64,000 nt of DNA from positions 47,864,001 to 47,928,000 of the forward strand of contig NC_043001.1 in NCBI RefSeq assembly GCF_006345805.1. Direction: 5' to 3'. The notes beneath the pieces are model-generated. The model did no database searches, had not been told where the DNA came from, and worked only from the letters and a program-made list of their open reading frames with translations. How positions within the stretch are numbered: position 1 is the first letter of the stretch; the number at the start of each line of letters is the position of its first letter. The position numbers were made by a program, and so were the translations under genes. This document shows positions 51,225-64,000 of the stretch, piece after piece. This DNA comes from Octopus sinensis (taxonomy: Eukaryota).

Positions 51225-52014
51225 ATCTATATATATATATATACGCATATATCCGATAGATATATATATATATATATATATATATGCATATATCCGTTTT
51301 ATCTTCGTTCATTTCCCTTCTTTCTTGCATTAGTTCTCTATTCTTGCAATCGTTTATTCTCTTTCCTCGCGACTACATTTTGTTTCTTCTTCCTCTCCCC
51401 TTCTTCATTCTCCTTCGTTTTCTCTTTCTTTCATTCATTCCTTCTTTCTTTCTGTTTCCTTTTTATTTATTGTATCTTTCTTTCTCTCTCTCACTTTCTC
51501 GCCTTCGTCGCCGTCGTCGTGTCTTCCACCTCCACCTCCTCCTCCTCCCTTCTCTCACACCTCTTCTCCGCCTCCTTTTCCCGCTCTTCATCCACCCATA
51601 CTCATCTAACCCTTCTCCCTCTCTCTCTCTCATAGCCTAGCCTCTCCGTCACCTCCTCCCATCACCACCGCCTCGCCGCCGTGTCTGTCTGTTTATTTTT
51701 ATATATAAAGCCGTATCGTGTCTGCTTCAACAAATTTCATTTTATTTCGGAAAACTAAATCAATACAATAAGTGTTAGTAATTTGTCTGAGTCTCTCTCT
51801 ACCTGATGTTTATGCATCTGATATGTATGTGTGTGTGTGTCTGTGTGTGCGTGCGCGTGTGTGTGCATATGTGCCTGCGTGTGTGTGGATGCACACGCGT
51901 TAGTATGTTCCTGTAGGTGTATGTATATGTGTTTATATTTGTGGATACCAACGTATTATGCAATGGAAATTCTGTGTCTTTGTGTGTGTATATATGTTAG
52001 GATATAAAGTAACG

Positions 52015-52200
52015 TATGTATGTATGTATGTATGTATGTATGTATGTATGTATGTATGTATGTATGTATGTATGTATGTGTGTATGTATGTGTGTATGTA
52101 TGTATGTGTGTATGTATGTATGTATGTATGTGTGTGTGTGTGCATGTATGTGTGTATAGTTGTATGTATGAATGAATGTCTGTATACATGTTTGGATATA
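52015..52200. repeat. (GTAT)n/(GT)n microsatellite
   Basis: Direct reading. Confidence 0.9.
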
Positions 52201-52819
52201 AAGTAATATATGTATGTAAGTACGCATGCATGTATGTGTGTATACATGTGTGTATGAATGAATGTCTGCATATATGTTTGGATATGTCTGTATATATTTT
52301 TGGATATGTACTTAATGTATGTATGCCTGTATGTGTGTATACACGTATGTATGAATGGATTAACGTATGTAACATATGTATTTAATGTACGTAGTGTATT
52401 ACGTAATACATATATGGATGGCTGTAATGTATATATGTATTACGTATTATGTTTATATGGATGTTTTTAAAGTAATAAGTATCTGAGCATGTATTTATTT
52501 ATATAGGCAATGTATGTTATGTACGTACGTATGGGTATAATGCATGTATACATATATTATACAGGTATAATGCATGCATATATGTATCTATTTACAGTAC
52601 GAAAGCATAATCTGTCTGTGAATGTGTGTTATGTATATAATACATGTATTCATGTATGTGTAAATGTCTTCTGTTTATATGTAGGTATATCTGATGTTTG
52701 TCTATGTATGCTTACATATATATGTGTGTATGTATGCATGTGAGCATATGTACACACCTCACACACACACACACATACACACACACACACACATATATAT
52801 ACTTATGTGTATATATGGT

Positions 52820-53045
52820 TGGTTAGTCCACATTACTCCATGAGGAGCCTAGGGCCGGCTTTTCGGTTTCCTTGGCACATATATTCTCCACCTGGACGGG
52901 ACGCCAGTCCGTCGCACATTTCTCATTTTTAGAAGCCGAGTGGACTGGGTCAACGTGAAATGAAGCGTTTTGCTTAAGAACACAACGCTCCCCACCCCAC
53001 TCCAGGTATCAAAGCCACAATCTTACAGCCATGGGTCCGACACCC
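52820..53045 (-). mobile_element. SINE family D (central block resembles V-domain-type SINEs)
   Basis: CTCCACCTGGACGGGACGCCAGTCCGTCGCA...GAGTGGACTGG..CAACGTGAAATGAAGCGTTTTGCTTAAGAACACAAC, typical of a reverse-oriented tRNA SINE; the domain assignment is from memory. Confidence 0.5.
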
Positions 53046-53269
53046 CACACTCACCACATGTTTTTTGTACTTTTTGATGGATTTATCGTCATAGTGCAAT
53101 CGCGAACAAGCAGAGAACATACAATGCGTATTTGTTTTCGATAATGTTTACAACACAAGCACTGCTTCTTATTCATATCTGAATATGTGTACACACACAC
53201 CACACACACACACCACACATTACATGCATTATACGTACATACAGACATATATATATATGTTTATATATT

Positions 53270-54550
53270 ACACTGGATTAAGTATTTCCTGGCGAATAGA
53301 ACCACAACATGTTGTTGTTGAGGAGTCCACTCAAACCCAGCAAAAGTCACCAGCGGTGTTCCCCAGGGGACTGTTTTGGGTCAGCTACTCTTCATAATTT
53401 ACATAAACGACCTTTCCAGTGTCGTACATTACTGCAAAGTGAAAATATTTGCTGATGACACTAAGCTCCAGCAAATCGTCAATGAAGAAGCAGACCAAAC
53501 TCAACTCCAGTCTGATCTATATGCTGTGAGTCAATGGGCAGACAGAAACAAAATGCAACTGAATGAGGGAAAATTTGAGCTGATGCATTTTGGAAGAAAT
53601 TCCTCACTAAAACAGAGGAACCGCTCACAGCCTCTAACAATATCAGAGACCTGGGTGTAATTGTTGATGACGATCTCAGTTGGAGTGCACACATCAACAA
53701 GAAGGTCGATATAGCTCGTAGGATGAGTTCCTGGATCTTAAGAACTTTGCCGTCCAGAGAACACGGTGTCATCATACCACTTTTTTCCTCCTTTGTACGG
53801 CCACACCTTGAATACTGCTGCCCACTGTGGTCTCCCCATACAAGACAAAACATCTCCAGAATTGAGTCACCCCAGAGGGCACTCACTAAACGAATTGAAG
53901 GCATGGCTGCTCTCGATTATTGGGATCGTCTTAAAGCCTTGAAACTTTACTCCCTCCAGCGTCGCCGTGAGCGGTACATAATTTGTACGATGTGGAGATA
54001 ATACCGCCAACTTTGCCCAAACGACCCTTAACATTAGCTTCAAGGTTCATCCAAGACTTGGACCACGGCCCATACTCCCCCTGCCCAATTCAAGAATCAC
54101 AACATACATGTACACTGCAACATAATTTTTTTTCCTCAACAGGCCCTGCCCTATTTAACATTGTCCCGAGGGAGATCAAAGAGGAAAAGGATCCCATCAA
54201 CTTTAAATGGAGTCTGGATAGATTCCTTTAAAGAATACCAGATAAGCCACCCATAATTGGATACAACTCACCCAACAAGAACTCACTACTTGAACAAAAC
54301 ATGACTTAAACAAAACTTGACTTAAACAGGATTCGAATAATCCTATCAGGACAACTCACCCAACAAGAACTCACTACTTGAACAAAACTTGATACAGCTC
54401 ACCCAATAAGAACTCACTACTTGAACAAAACTTGACTTAAACAAAACTTGACTTAAACAGGATTCGAATAATCCTATCAGGTGGTGCTATTAAGTTAGAC
54501 ATGGCCTGGACCAATCTTTGGTCAAAACATATCTAAGTTTATCTAAGTTT
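53270..54550 (+). mobile_element. 5'-truncated CR1/L2-group LINE: RT C-terminal half, 3' UTR and short tandem tail
   Basis: SGVPQGTVLG-LLFIIYINDL...KIFADDTKL...LQSDL...W...MQLNEGK, RDLGVIVD, FVRPHLEYCCPLWSP, LYSLQRRRERY (frameshifted); ends ATCTAAGTTT ATCTAAGTTT. Confidence 0.9.
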
Positions 54551-57500
54551 ATATATAATGCATGGATGTGCGATAGCTTAAATGAAAATATTAGCATGGA
54601 AAATTTCTCAGGTGTCCCTTGAGTGAGAGTGAAATGTAATTAATAGGAATGTATATCAGCTGTTGAGAACTAACATGGTCGAAACGTGTTCATTATTTTG
54701 TTTCACTGTTTGGATTCAAATGCAAGGTTCCCTCCTAAATGAATTATGTTACGTTACCAAAAATCTTTTCAGCTGATATTGAACGATTTCTCGTTTGTTG
54801 TACTTAAATTTCAGTATAACTAAAAGGCGATTTTGTCTTCAAATTTCATAGATAACCTCAGTTTTATTAATGTTCTTTTCCACTTATTTTATAATATATG
54901 TGACATTGTACTGTATATTATATACAACACACAGAACTTTCGCTCAAGCTATTATCTCTCAGCCCAATCTGTGCGTTTATGTATGTATATATATTTTAAT
55001 ATTTTGTCAATTATATATTCATTACTTATGGTTTCACAGGTGCAAAATACACCTCTGATCGTTTGGGTATAGTACTGCCAAATGGTGAGGCAGCTACAAC
55101 TTCCAAATCGGTTAATTTTTAATGCATTTTGTGTAAATTCCATTATTTGTTATAAGTTAGATTAAGGTATCTGGTGGAAGGAGAAGTATGGCGACTTCTA
55201 TATAATGTAAAGTTTGTTAGGTATAGGGGGGCAATGTGGGGAAAGTCACTTTGTTTTACTTAGAAATTCCAGTGAAGTTTAGTATTTCACAAAAATTAAG
55301 GGAATTAATGATGATTAGGCTAAAATTAGCTAAAAGTTAGCTCCGTTGATGGCAGTAAAATGAAAGTTTCGTTTTCTTTATAAGAGACACAATTGATTGC
55401 TGCAATATGTACGGAATCTCGAAAACACAAAGATGGCAATCACACGTCTTGCCGAGAATGTTCCACATTATATTAGACAGTTCATTTATCTAGACCTGAA
55501 TCTTCCAGAGAAAATGAAATCGGCGGGTGGCGTTTTGCTTGTTACTGGACTTGGAGAAGTGTATATCTGCTCTTAAAATCATTGGCTGTCAGTTGTGTGT
55601 TGTTTAACGAAAAGTTCACAAAAACAACTACCTTGGATAGAAAAAATTACCACAGTGGAAAGATGAATTGATTTTAACAGTTGCAGGAGCATATCTTGAA
55701 CAGATGCTGCATAGATGTACTTTATACTTTTGTCGCATACAATACTGTACACAATGCTGTTTCCAAAAGAAAAGACATGCTATTTAGCATCTGTGAATCT
55801 ATAAGTTATGCAGGTCTTTTTCACCGACTGTAAACACATTCTTCATTATTTAACCAAATGATGTTGAGAAAGGAAAAGCGAAATCTATAATAATGATTTT
55901 AAAACCTACTTTTAAGCATTTGCTTATTCGTTTTGCAAATCCAGAACAGTCAAATTTGTTTTTGTACATTACTGTTTTCAGTGTCATTTTTTTATGGTTC
56001 AGGTTCACCAATGATTTAATAAAATAATACTTAAAGAAATTTCAACAATTAAATAAAGAGGGTTTTATTGCTTTAACCTAAATAAAATATTAAAACAATT
56101 TCTAAAAACTTTCCCAAATATTTAATTCTCTTTTAGATCCAATCCTTCAAAGTACTTTTAGTAAAAATATAGATTTAATTATTCTTCCTCTACAGGATGG
56201 TATCAAATATATGGAATCCAGGTTATTACATTGGATTCATTAGATACTATTTCCAGCTTATTTCTTTCAAAAAGCCTTCACTTTCGCATTGGTTTAATTG
56301 TTTAATACTTACATACACAACTATATACACACGCACATATATATTTAACGAAGAATAGTGAGTTGCATATCTTTAAAATTTACTTAATAAAAATGATTGT
56401 TTTCATATTACATTCCGACATGTGTTTCTAGTAAACAAGTGCTTTAGGATCCTTTAACATAATAGCTTTGTGCATTTCTTCGATCTTTAGTAAATCAATT
56501 GCAGTACACTTTCTAATCGAAAGGTTGACCATTCTATACAGTTTTATTCAAGGTGTTACCCATTTTTGGTTGCTGAAACGAACTGAAAAATCTAGTATTA
56601 ACCATAAGTGTCAAAAATATATCCTTGGTCAGGGAATATAAAAGATTAAGGCAAGAAACAGATGAGGTAGTAAGGAAATATGATGTCCATAGTTCTAATT
56701 ACAATTAAACTCAGAATCACCTCGGTAGACACTAAGGAAAAGCAGATTATTATATTGCCCTTTATAGTAGAAGGAACCTTAAATAAGCCATAATGAATTA
56801 GTATCACAAACCGCTCATATTAGAAATGATATAAATTAAACGAACTGATTCTGTAAAACCGAAAAAGCTGGAAGCTAATATTGTTTTCATTGGGAAGCTT
56901 CGTATATCCATGACAAATGAATATTAAAATATTAGAATATTAATAACAATTGAATTGAGTAAAATAAAACTGTAACAGAATTATGTATTTTAGCAGAAAC
57001 TACATTATAATCGAAAGGTTATCCTAGGAGCTGAAAATGGAGATTAATACTATTTAGTTAAAACCTATATTAAATAACTTTGTGAATATTTGTCTATGGT
57101 TACATATATGCCTTCTTATCTAAGTGAGTTCAAACTAAACCTTATTATTTTAGAAATATTTAAATGTTTTCCTATATGAATTTTATTGGCAATTCATTTC
57201 CATAATTGAATAATCTATATTTAGATGTAAGGATATGAAATATTTCTTCGAGGCAGAGATCGCATTTCCGCTTTCCAATAGTTTAGTAAATCATTACTCG
57301 TAATTGATTTACCATTTAATGTCATATTTGATACTTTCATATTTTAAATTCCAACTAAGCGCACTTCAAGACGGCAGTTGTTTTTTCTTTATCTAATTCG
57401 GAAAGTAAAAAAAAAAAAAAGATGATTATGTAATCTTTATTTAAGTCCGAAGTTCAGGAGCTTGTGTAATAACACGAACTACCCTCTCCGTTACCGTACA

Positions 57501-57869
57501 ATTAGATACTGAATTATTTCTAAGGCATTTGGTTCTCAAACGGCCATATCAGGTTGTTTCTATTACAGCAAATATGCTTTGGTATTACTAACCTTATGTT
57601 TATTAATGGCAGAAATATTATTTACCTCCTTTTGAGAATTAGGAATATTATTGGTATTGCAATACAAAATATCGCATTGCATTTTAGAAAAATGGCATAT
57701 GAAGGACTACATTATCCAATATATCCTACTATCGCTAATATAGTAATATGTGAATTGAGGAAATTTTGCCAGCTATTACTTTGTGGCTTTCTCTCATTTT
57801 TGTTATTGTTTACCCCTTAGTCGGCCTCCAAATATACAGATATATTATCAAAGCGTTTCATCCATGACC

Positions 57870-59110
57870 ATATGATATTTTTCAGTCGTAACTTGAAGAC
57901 AGCGAAGCAGGAGACTTTTCTATCAATTGTTAAAAGGCGGGAAATGGGAGGGGGTTTCCACATGTAACGCAATGTCATGGTGCTCTAAGTGCTAGAAAGA
58001 GCAATCTAATCTCACTTAGATTATACATCATAGTCCGCAGATTCTTTGGATAATACCCTGCCTGGAAAAATCGGTATGACCATGACTGATCTGTATGCCT
58101 AATGTAGTCTTCCCCAAATATTTCACTTAAGAATTTGCACGATTTTATGACATTCATATCTACCATGTCGCCCGTTTCCCGTGACACTACTCTAAACCCT
58201 ATGTCTTATTTCTTGGGAGATGGAGCCTCTGCTTTTACGTCATTTCCTGCTTGGGTTTACTCTTGCTTTTGACCACATATTATAGCGATGGATTGTTCTT
58301 TTATGACCTCCTCAATTTTTTTCTGCTCATCATTAAAGATTACGTGCGGGATAATGTTAGTCGCTATGGTCCGGAGACAGGATAGGATCTCACTTGACTC
58401 TTCGACTAACAATGAGGTAACTTCATCTGCCATTTCCAGTGCTGTCATTGATACTGGGGCATGTTGATCATGGTACTGTCTCAGGTGCTTTCTACTGCGT
58501 TTCTCTTTCTTTCCTTGGCTATCCTAGCCTTTCATGGTCTTCGGGTTAAAAGCCTTCCACTGGTTTTTACTACCGCATATTTAACAACTCGGCCTTTTAC
58601 CTTGTACCTTCAAGCTCATGTCCTTTGTCTTAGTGCCCTCAAATTGATACAGTTCTTTCATGACCTTGTTGCCTTCAGGAATCATTTGATGCGCAAATCC
58701 ATCTTAAACTCTCCTGATGATATGCCTCTCCTGGTCACCGTGACGCATACTAACAAGTCATGCTGTGATGTAATGATAACAATCAGCCACGGTCTCACAT
58801 CGCTTCAAATGTCCCTGACTATCACCCGTCTATTTGTGTATTCAAAATACTTTAACACCCGTGTATGACCAGAGTTATGTCTAACTATTTCTGCCTGTGT
58901 ATTAGCCGTGGTTCCTGTCCTGAAAGTACAACAGACAGTAACATCAGCTTTATCCTTCTCAATCGAGAAAATAAGTTCCGTTTACAAGAGAATAGGATAC
59001 AGTCGCCACCCTCCTTAAGGAACTTGGAGTAGATCACTCCAGTTAGATCCTGAGTAAATTGATATTGTCTGGGTTTACACATTTCTCACAGTTTATTCTC
59101 TTTCTTCGAA
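57870..59110 (-). mobile_element. Heavily degraded LINE, probably RTE-like (APE end through linker)
   Basis: Minus-strand fragments resemble 'DVR....ADC.TDH.LLV' (~58740-58810) and 'I..LR....NIIP..F' (~58340-58390); many stops. Confidence 0.4.
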
Positions 59111-59424
59111 TTTTGTCAAGTTTGAAAACTCTGTGAGACACCCGAAGCAAAATTAGGTTCTTTGACACTCCTGTTATATGCACTGTCTGTGGGAGAGTGT
59201 GATTGTTATCATTTTCGCTCAAAATATGTTCAAAATAATTTCTTTTTCTAGTAAATGCTCATTTAACTGTTTATTAATATTTCTTTTGAAGTGTTCATTT
59301 TGCGGCATGTTTTGTTTCTATACTGGCTTTTAAGGGTTATATCCAGTAAACGTTTTGACGTGAAATGTATTTAAAATGTGAAAGAAAATAAAGTATATAA
59401 TCTGTACAGACAAAGTTTCTGTGC

Positions 59425-59426
59425 GC

Positions 59427-59508
<82 letters not shown>

Positions 59509-59522
59509 TGTGTGTGTGTGTG
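59425..59522. repeat. (GT)n microsatellite
   Basis: Direct reading. Confidence 0.95.
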
Positions 59523-59699
59523 TAATCACGCGGATGTATGTTGCCTACGGATGTCTACATAAGGAGCAGGTAGTCACGGAAAACTGGAAACTAAAATCCA
59601 TTTTGGCAAGTATTCCAAAGGAAAGAATGTTCATTTGTTAATGCTTGAATAGAGTCGAACTTCGAAACGAAGAAAAGCAGCAATCTAAAAGGTCCAATA

Positions 59700-59733
59700 G
59701 TCAACAACAACAACAACAACAACGATAATAATA

Positions 59734-59780
<47 letters not shown>

Positions 59781-59838
59781 TAATAATAATAATAATAACA
59801 ACAACAACAACAATAATAATAGCAACAACAGCAGCAAT
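59700..59838. repeat. (AAC/AAT/AGC)n microsatellite
   Basis: Direct reading. Confidence 0.9.
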
Positions 59839-60960
59839 AATGACAAACTTGGGAAAAGTGAAGATCAGTTGTGGTGTATTTCAAAGTGATAGTTTATCAC
59901 CATTACTATTTGTATTGGCCATGTTACCACTCAATTTGATACTACGAGAAGTCAAAAATAGCTTGTAATTTGGGAAAAGGTATGGTCAGATAAATCTCCA
60001 TTTTGGATGATATAAATGTTTATGCGAAAAATGAGAAGTAGCTTGAAAGTTTTATATATACTGTTCGGATTTTCTCAAATGATGTATGTATGGAATTCGG
60101 GATTGGAAAGTGCACTATATCAATAATGAAACGGGGAAGAATTGAAGGGAGACAGGGACTGAAATGTCAAATAGGCAAACAGTGAAGGCAATCGAGAAAG
60201 GACAGTGGTATAAGTATTAGGAAAAAAATTAGTTGTAGATAAAATAAAACATGAAGAAATGGAACAAATTACAAGTAGGGAGTTTAGAAGGAAAGTGAGA
60301 AAAATATTATATCAACCGTTTCTAGATGAGCTCATAAATTCTAAATTGCAGAACAATTTGTCAGTAAAGCAGCTTAGCTTAAATGGTAGGGACTTTGACC
60401 GGAAATTGAAGGATGTGAGTTCTAGTCTCATGGCTGGTTGCTGACAGATATATGCTGTTCTGTCAGTACTTACTCGTTGATAAAATATATCTTTCTACTT
60501 GTACTACAGTACATTTTAGCGCTTCAAAAAACAAACTTATATTTGTTTACATGTGACGTAATTACATTCAAAGTTGAATTCAAAAAATGTTATTGAAGCG
60601 ATAGATGCAAAGGCAGTGCCGATAAGGAGCTGGAATTGTAAACTGGGCAAAAAGCGAAATACAGAAACTTGATAGTAAAACTAGAAAGCTGATGACTATA
60701 TATGGAGCCTACCATCCGAAAGCTGATGTTAACCGGTTATACCTGAAGAGAATCTAGGGCGGAAAGGCCTTAATTGTTGTGGAAGATTGTGCACAGATGG
60801 AAAGAAAAAGCCTACTAGAGGAGTAGATTCATGAGAAACCTTTGAATGGTCGGTCTTGGAAAACAACTGGGGATGTATGTGGAACACTATTCTGGGCTTG
60901 ATTGATAAAAAGGGCAATTGAAAAAAGAAACAGAGAGCATTACTATAACAACTCAAGACC
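59839..60960 (+). mobile_element. Degraded R4/Dong-type LINE RT fragment, interrupted at ~60335-60575
   Basis: GVFQSDSLSPLLFVLAMLPL, MEFGIGKC, YKY, then AIDAKAVP...LDSKTRKLMT.YGAYHPKADVNRLYL..GG.GL; same family type as 1178-2830. Confidence 0.8.
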
Positions 60961-61039
60961 AAGCATTACGAGCAAGCAGCCTGGGAAAATATCAGTATAG
61001 GGGAGGAGGTGTCCCTAACTGACTGTGCAGCTCTGATCA

Positions 61040-61336
61040 GGAGTAGTATGGGAGCATCATGGCCATGTGTTGAGAGAGATTCTTTGGGGTTTGAAAAATT
61101 TTCACCTCTAATTCAGGGGACTATTGAACGATTGGTTATTCGACCTGGAGAAAATTCTAATTGAGCCCCACCGGGAAGATTATCTGTAGTTTATGAGGTC
61201 ACTGTTTAGCGCACACATGGTTGTGATGCATATGCGTCGTGTAACTTTATCAGACAGGTAGTTAAGGTGGTTATACTGGACTTCGAATATATGTACCCCA
61301 GCGTCACTTTTAATGGCAGGCGCTGGTCTCACACTC
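61040..61336 (+). repeat. Third, partial copy of the ~540-bp unclassified repeat (opposite orientation)
   Basis: GGAGCATCATGGCCATGTGTTGAGAGAGATTCTTTGGGGTTTG...ATGGTTGTGATGCAT...CACACTCAA + (TGA)n/(TAA)n tail, the reverse complement of blocks in 30901-31930. Confidence 0.75.
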
Positions 61337-61381
61337 AATGATGATGATGATGATGATGATGGGGATGGTGTTGATGATGAA

Positions 61382-61441
<60 letters not shown>
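61337..61441. repeat. (GAT)n/(AAT)n microsatellite
   Basis: Direct reading. Confidence 0.9.
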
Positions 61442-61454
61442 CCTTTCTACTATA

Positions 61455-61653
61455 GACACAAAGCCTGGAATTTAGGGAAGGAAGACAGTCTATGGCATCG
61501 GCTCCAGTGTTCAACTGGTACTTATTTTATCGACCCTGAAGAGAGGAAAGGCAAAGTTGACCTCAGCGGGATTTCAATTCAGAATGTAAAGACGGATGAA
61601 AAATCGCTAAGCAATTTTTCCGGCACGGTGGTTATTCTACCAGCTCTTCCCTT
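61455..61653 (-). mobile_element. SINE family A copy
   Basis: CAACTGGTACTTATTTTATCGACCCTGAAGAGAGGAAAGGCAAAGTTGACCTCAGCGGGATTTCAATTCAGAA. Confidence 0.75.
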
Positions 61654-61659
61654 GGTAAA

Positions 61660-61672
61660 TAATAATAATAAT

Positions 61673-61719
<47 letters not shown>

Positions 61720-61723
61720 CCAC

Positions 61724-61765
<42 letters not shown>
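61660..61765. repeat. (AAT/AAC)n microsatellite
   Basis: Direct reading. Confidence 0.9.
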
Positions 61766-61766
<1 letters not shown>

Positions 61767-62159
61767 GTGTTGATGGTGATTGCATTTATTTATGCACACG
61801 GTTTCTACTTACATTGGTATTTATAGTAGAGGCCAGCAGCTAAGATAAAATATACTTGACTTATTGGAATAAATCAGGTAGGCTGATGTGGAAGTTCATG
61901 TTGATATTGTTAGAGTTGCTCTTGGGGTTGTTGTAGTTGTTGTTAATCTTCATGTTATGATCTCATTGGGATTTGCTTGTAAATTGCTGTTTGACTAGTT
62001 TTGTTATCAGAATTTATTTATTTATTTATTTATTTATCTATTTGTTTATTTATGCTAGTCTGGAAAAAATAGAAATAAACGACTTCATTATTTTATCGCT
62101 ATACTAGTTTACAGAAAATATTTTTGGATCTACGATAACTATACCTAGACGAGTATGTG

Positions 62160-62181
62160 TAGGTACATATGTTTATATGCA

Positions 62182-62221
<40 letters not shown>

Positions 62222-62439
62222 TATATAAACGCGCATACATGTATATGTATATAAACATGCGTATTCAGTTTGTGTATGTCTATATAATAATGATAACAGC
62301 AACAATAAAGTATATATATTTACAATATATGTATCTGTGTTTGTGTGTGTATTTGTGAAAGCTTGTGCTTGGATGTCTTACTTGTACGCATATGTGTGTG
62401 TGGTATATATATTATATATATATATTAAATATATATATA

Positions 62440-62479
<40 letters not shown>

Positions 62480-62600
62480 TATATTATATATATATATATA
62501 TATATTCATATATATATATACATATATGTATAGTATATATATATTTGCATTGATGTATGTATGTACGTACGTGTACGTATGTATGTATGTATGTATGTGT
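62160..62600. repeat. (GT)/(AT)/(GTAT) microsatellite cluster
   Basis: Direct reading. Confidence 0.85.
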
Positions 62601-63529
62601 AAATGAATATACTTATGTTAGTAAACAGACAGTTTTTCAGTGAAGATTGTTTTGGTGTTAAAACCAAAATTACCGAAAGTACGTGATCAAGAGCTTTAAT
62701 ATCGTGACATCGTTTCATTCTGGACTCCCCACGGGTCCTCTCTAGAAAAAATTACGTGATGTTTTGTTTCCTAGAATTATTGGTGCTGCTTTGAGAACAA
62801 AATGGCGTCGATTAAGTATATATATTATATCATAAAGTATAATATATCATTTCCTATGTTTATATACTCGAGGTTCTTCTTGGCATAGTTAACCCAGCTT
62901 AAATACTATCAGACGTGTGTATATTGTTAACCTATCTCATGTACGTAATCTCAACGATTGAACCCAAAACAAGGTAGTTACGAAGCAACTATTTTAATGA
63001 TACAACGAACCGTGAAATTAAGTTTATTCACCATAGAGCACTCCATGCTTATATCAACTAATTATTTCTCCAATTTCACCCACAATGTCACGACAAATCA
63101 AGAAAAGGTGCCTCTGTGGGTCCGCTCAATCTTCTAGAATCCACATCTGAATCTTCTTCAATCAATATATACTATTATTTTTTTTTATTTAAAAAAAATA
63201 CACACTTGATAATGTAGTTTTTGATACAGAAAAAGGTGAGATAGTTATTATTGAACACCATTGATCATGTCTCTTCGATGAAGACGGCCTCTGGGATAAA
63301 TAAAAACAATATCATTGAATTTAAAGATTTATTAATAAACAAGTATAGTACCCGTCAAAAATGAAAGGAGTTTATCTCTGCTTCCTTTCAGAGACTTATT
63401 GTTTTTGCTTGAAGCCTTACTCTATTTGTTTCATGCTTCATTTTGAATTATTTGCTTTTCTAATTCCGTTAGCATCCACTCATTCTTCATTGTCCTTATT
63501 GAGTTACTTCACTATTTCTTCCTTTCCTT

Positions 63530-63533
63530 CCTG

Positions 63534-63606
<73 letters not shown>

Positions 63607-63626
63607 ATATATATATATATATATAT

Positions 63627-63658
<32 letters not shown>

Positions 63659-63674
63659 CAACTATCTATCTATA

Positions 63675-63720
<46 letters not shown>

Positions 63721-63773
63721 ACTATCTATCTATCTATCTATCTATTTATCTATCTATATATATATCTATCCAA

Positions 63774-63833
<60 letters not shown>

Positions 63834-63845
63834 TTATCTATCCAA

Positions 63846-63878
<33 letters not shown>

Positions 63879-64000
63879 CATCCATCCAAATATCTATCTA
63901 TCTAGCTAGCTAGCAATCTCTCTATCTGTCTGTCTGTCTGTCTCACTCTCTCTCTCTCGCTCTCTCTCTCTCTCATTGTATATATATATATGTATGTATG
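63530..64000. repeat. (CTAT)n-dominated array with (AT), (CTGT) and (CT) segments
   Basis: Direct reading. Confidence 0.95.

Noticed and set aside
54655-54690. CTGTTGA...GTCGAAACGTG, hammerhead-like
   Set aside because: Core altered, GUG triplet, no stem I.

Overview
AT-rich, repeat-saturated eukaryotic DNA that reads as a large intron or intergenic region. An octopus (coleoid cephalopod) genome is my inference, based on the tRNA-derived SINE families and the very dense AT/CA/ATAC/ATCT/AAT microsatellites. I cannot support any intact cellular gene; nearly all ORFs in the track are translated microsatellites. The real coding-like sequence is all decayed transposon: several R4/Dong-type and R2-type restriction-endonuclease-like LINE fragments, a Penelope-like RT fragment, a CR1/L2-type RT, an RTE-like remnant, a Buster/Charlie-type hAT transposase and a mariner remnant. 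There is also an intact hAT MITE, a mariner MITE and many SINE copies from at least four families. The best leads are RNA structures. (1) A minimal type I hammerhead ribozyme (minus strand, 19394-19438) lies inside a 329-bp unit bounded by 77-bp direct repeats, an architecture resembling an animal retrozyme or a Penelope pseudo-LTR. (2) Further hammerhead-like motifs occur in other repeat families. (3) A gapless 46-bp hairpin lies at 22768-22869. (4) A ~39-bp tandem array is built from a SINE 5' (A-box) module. Repeat boundaries are by eye and approximate unless stated as exact.
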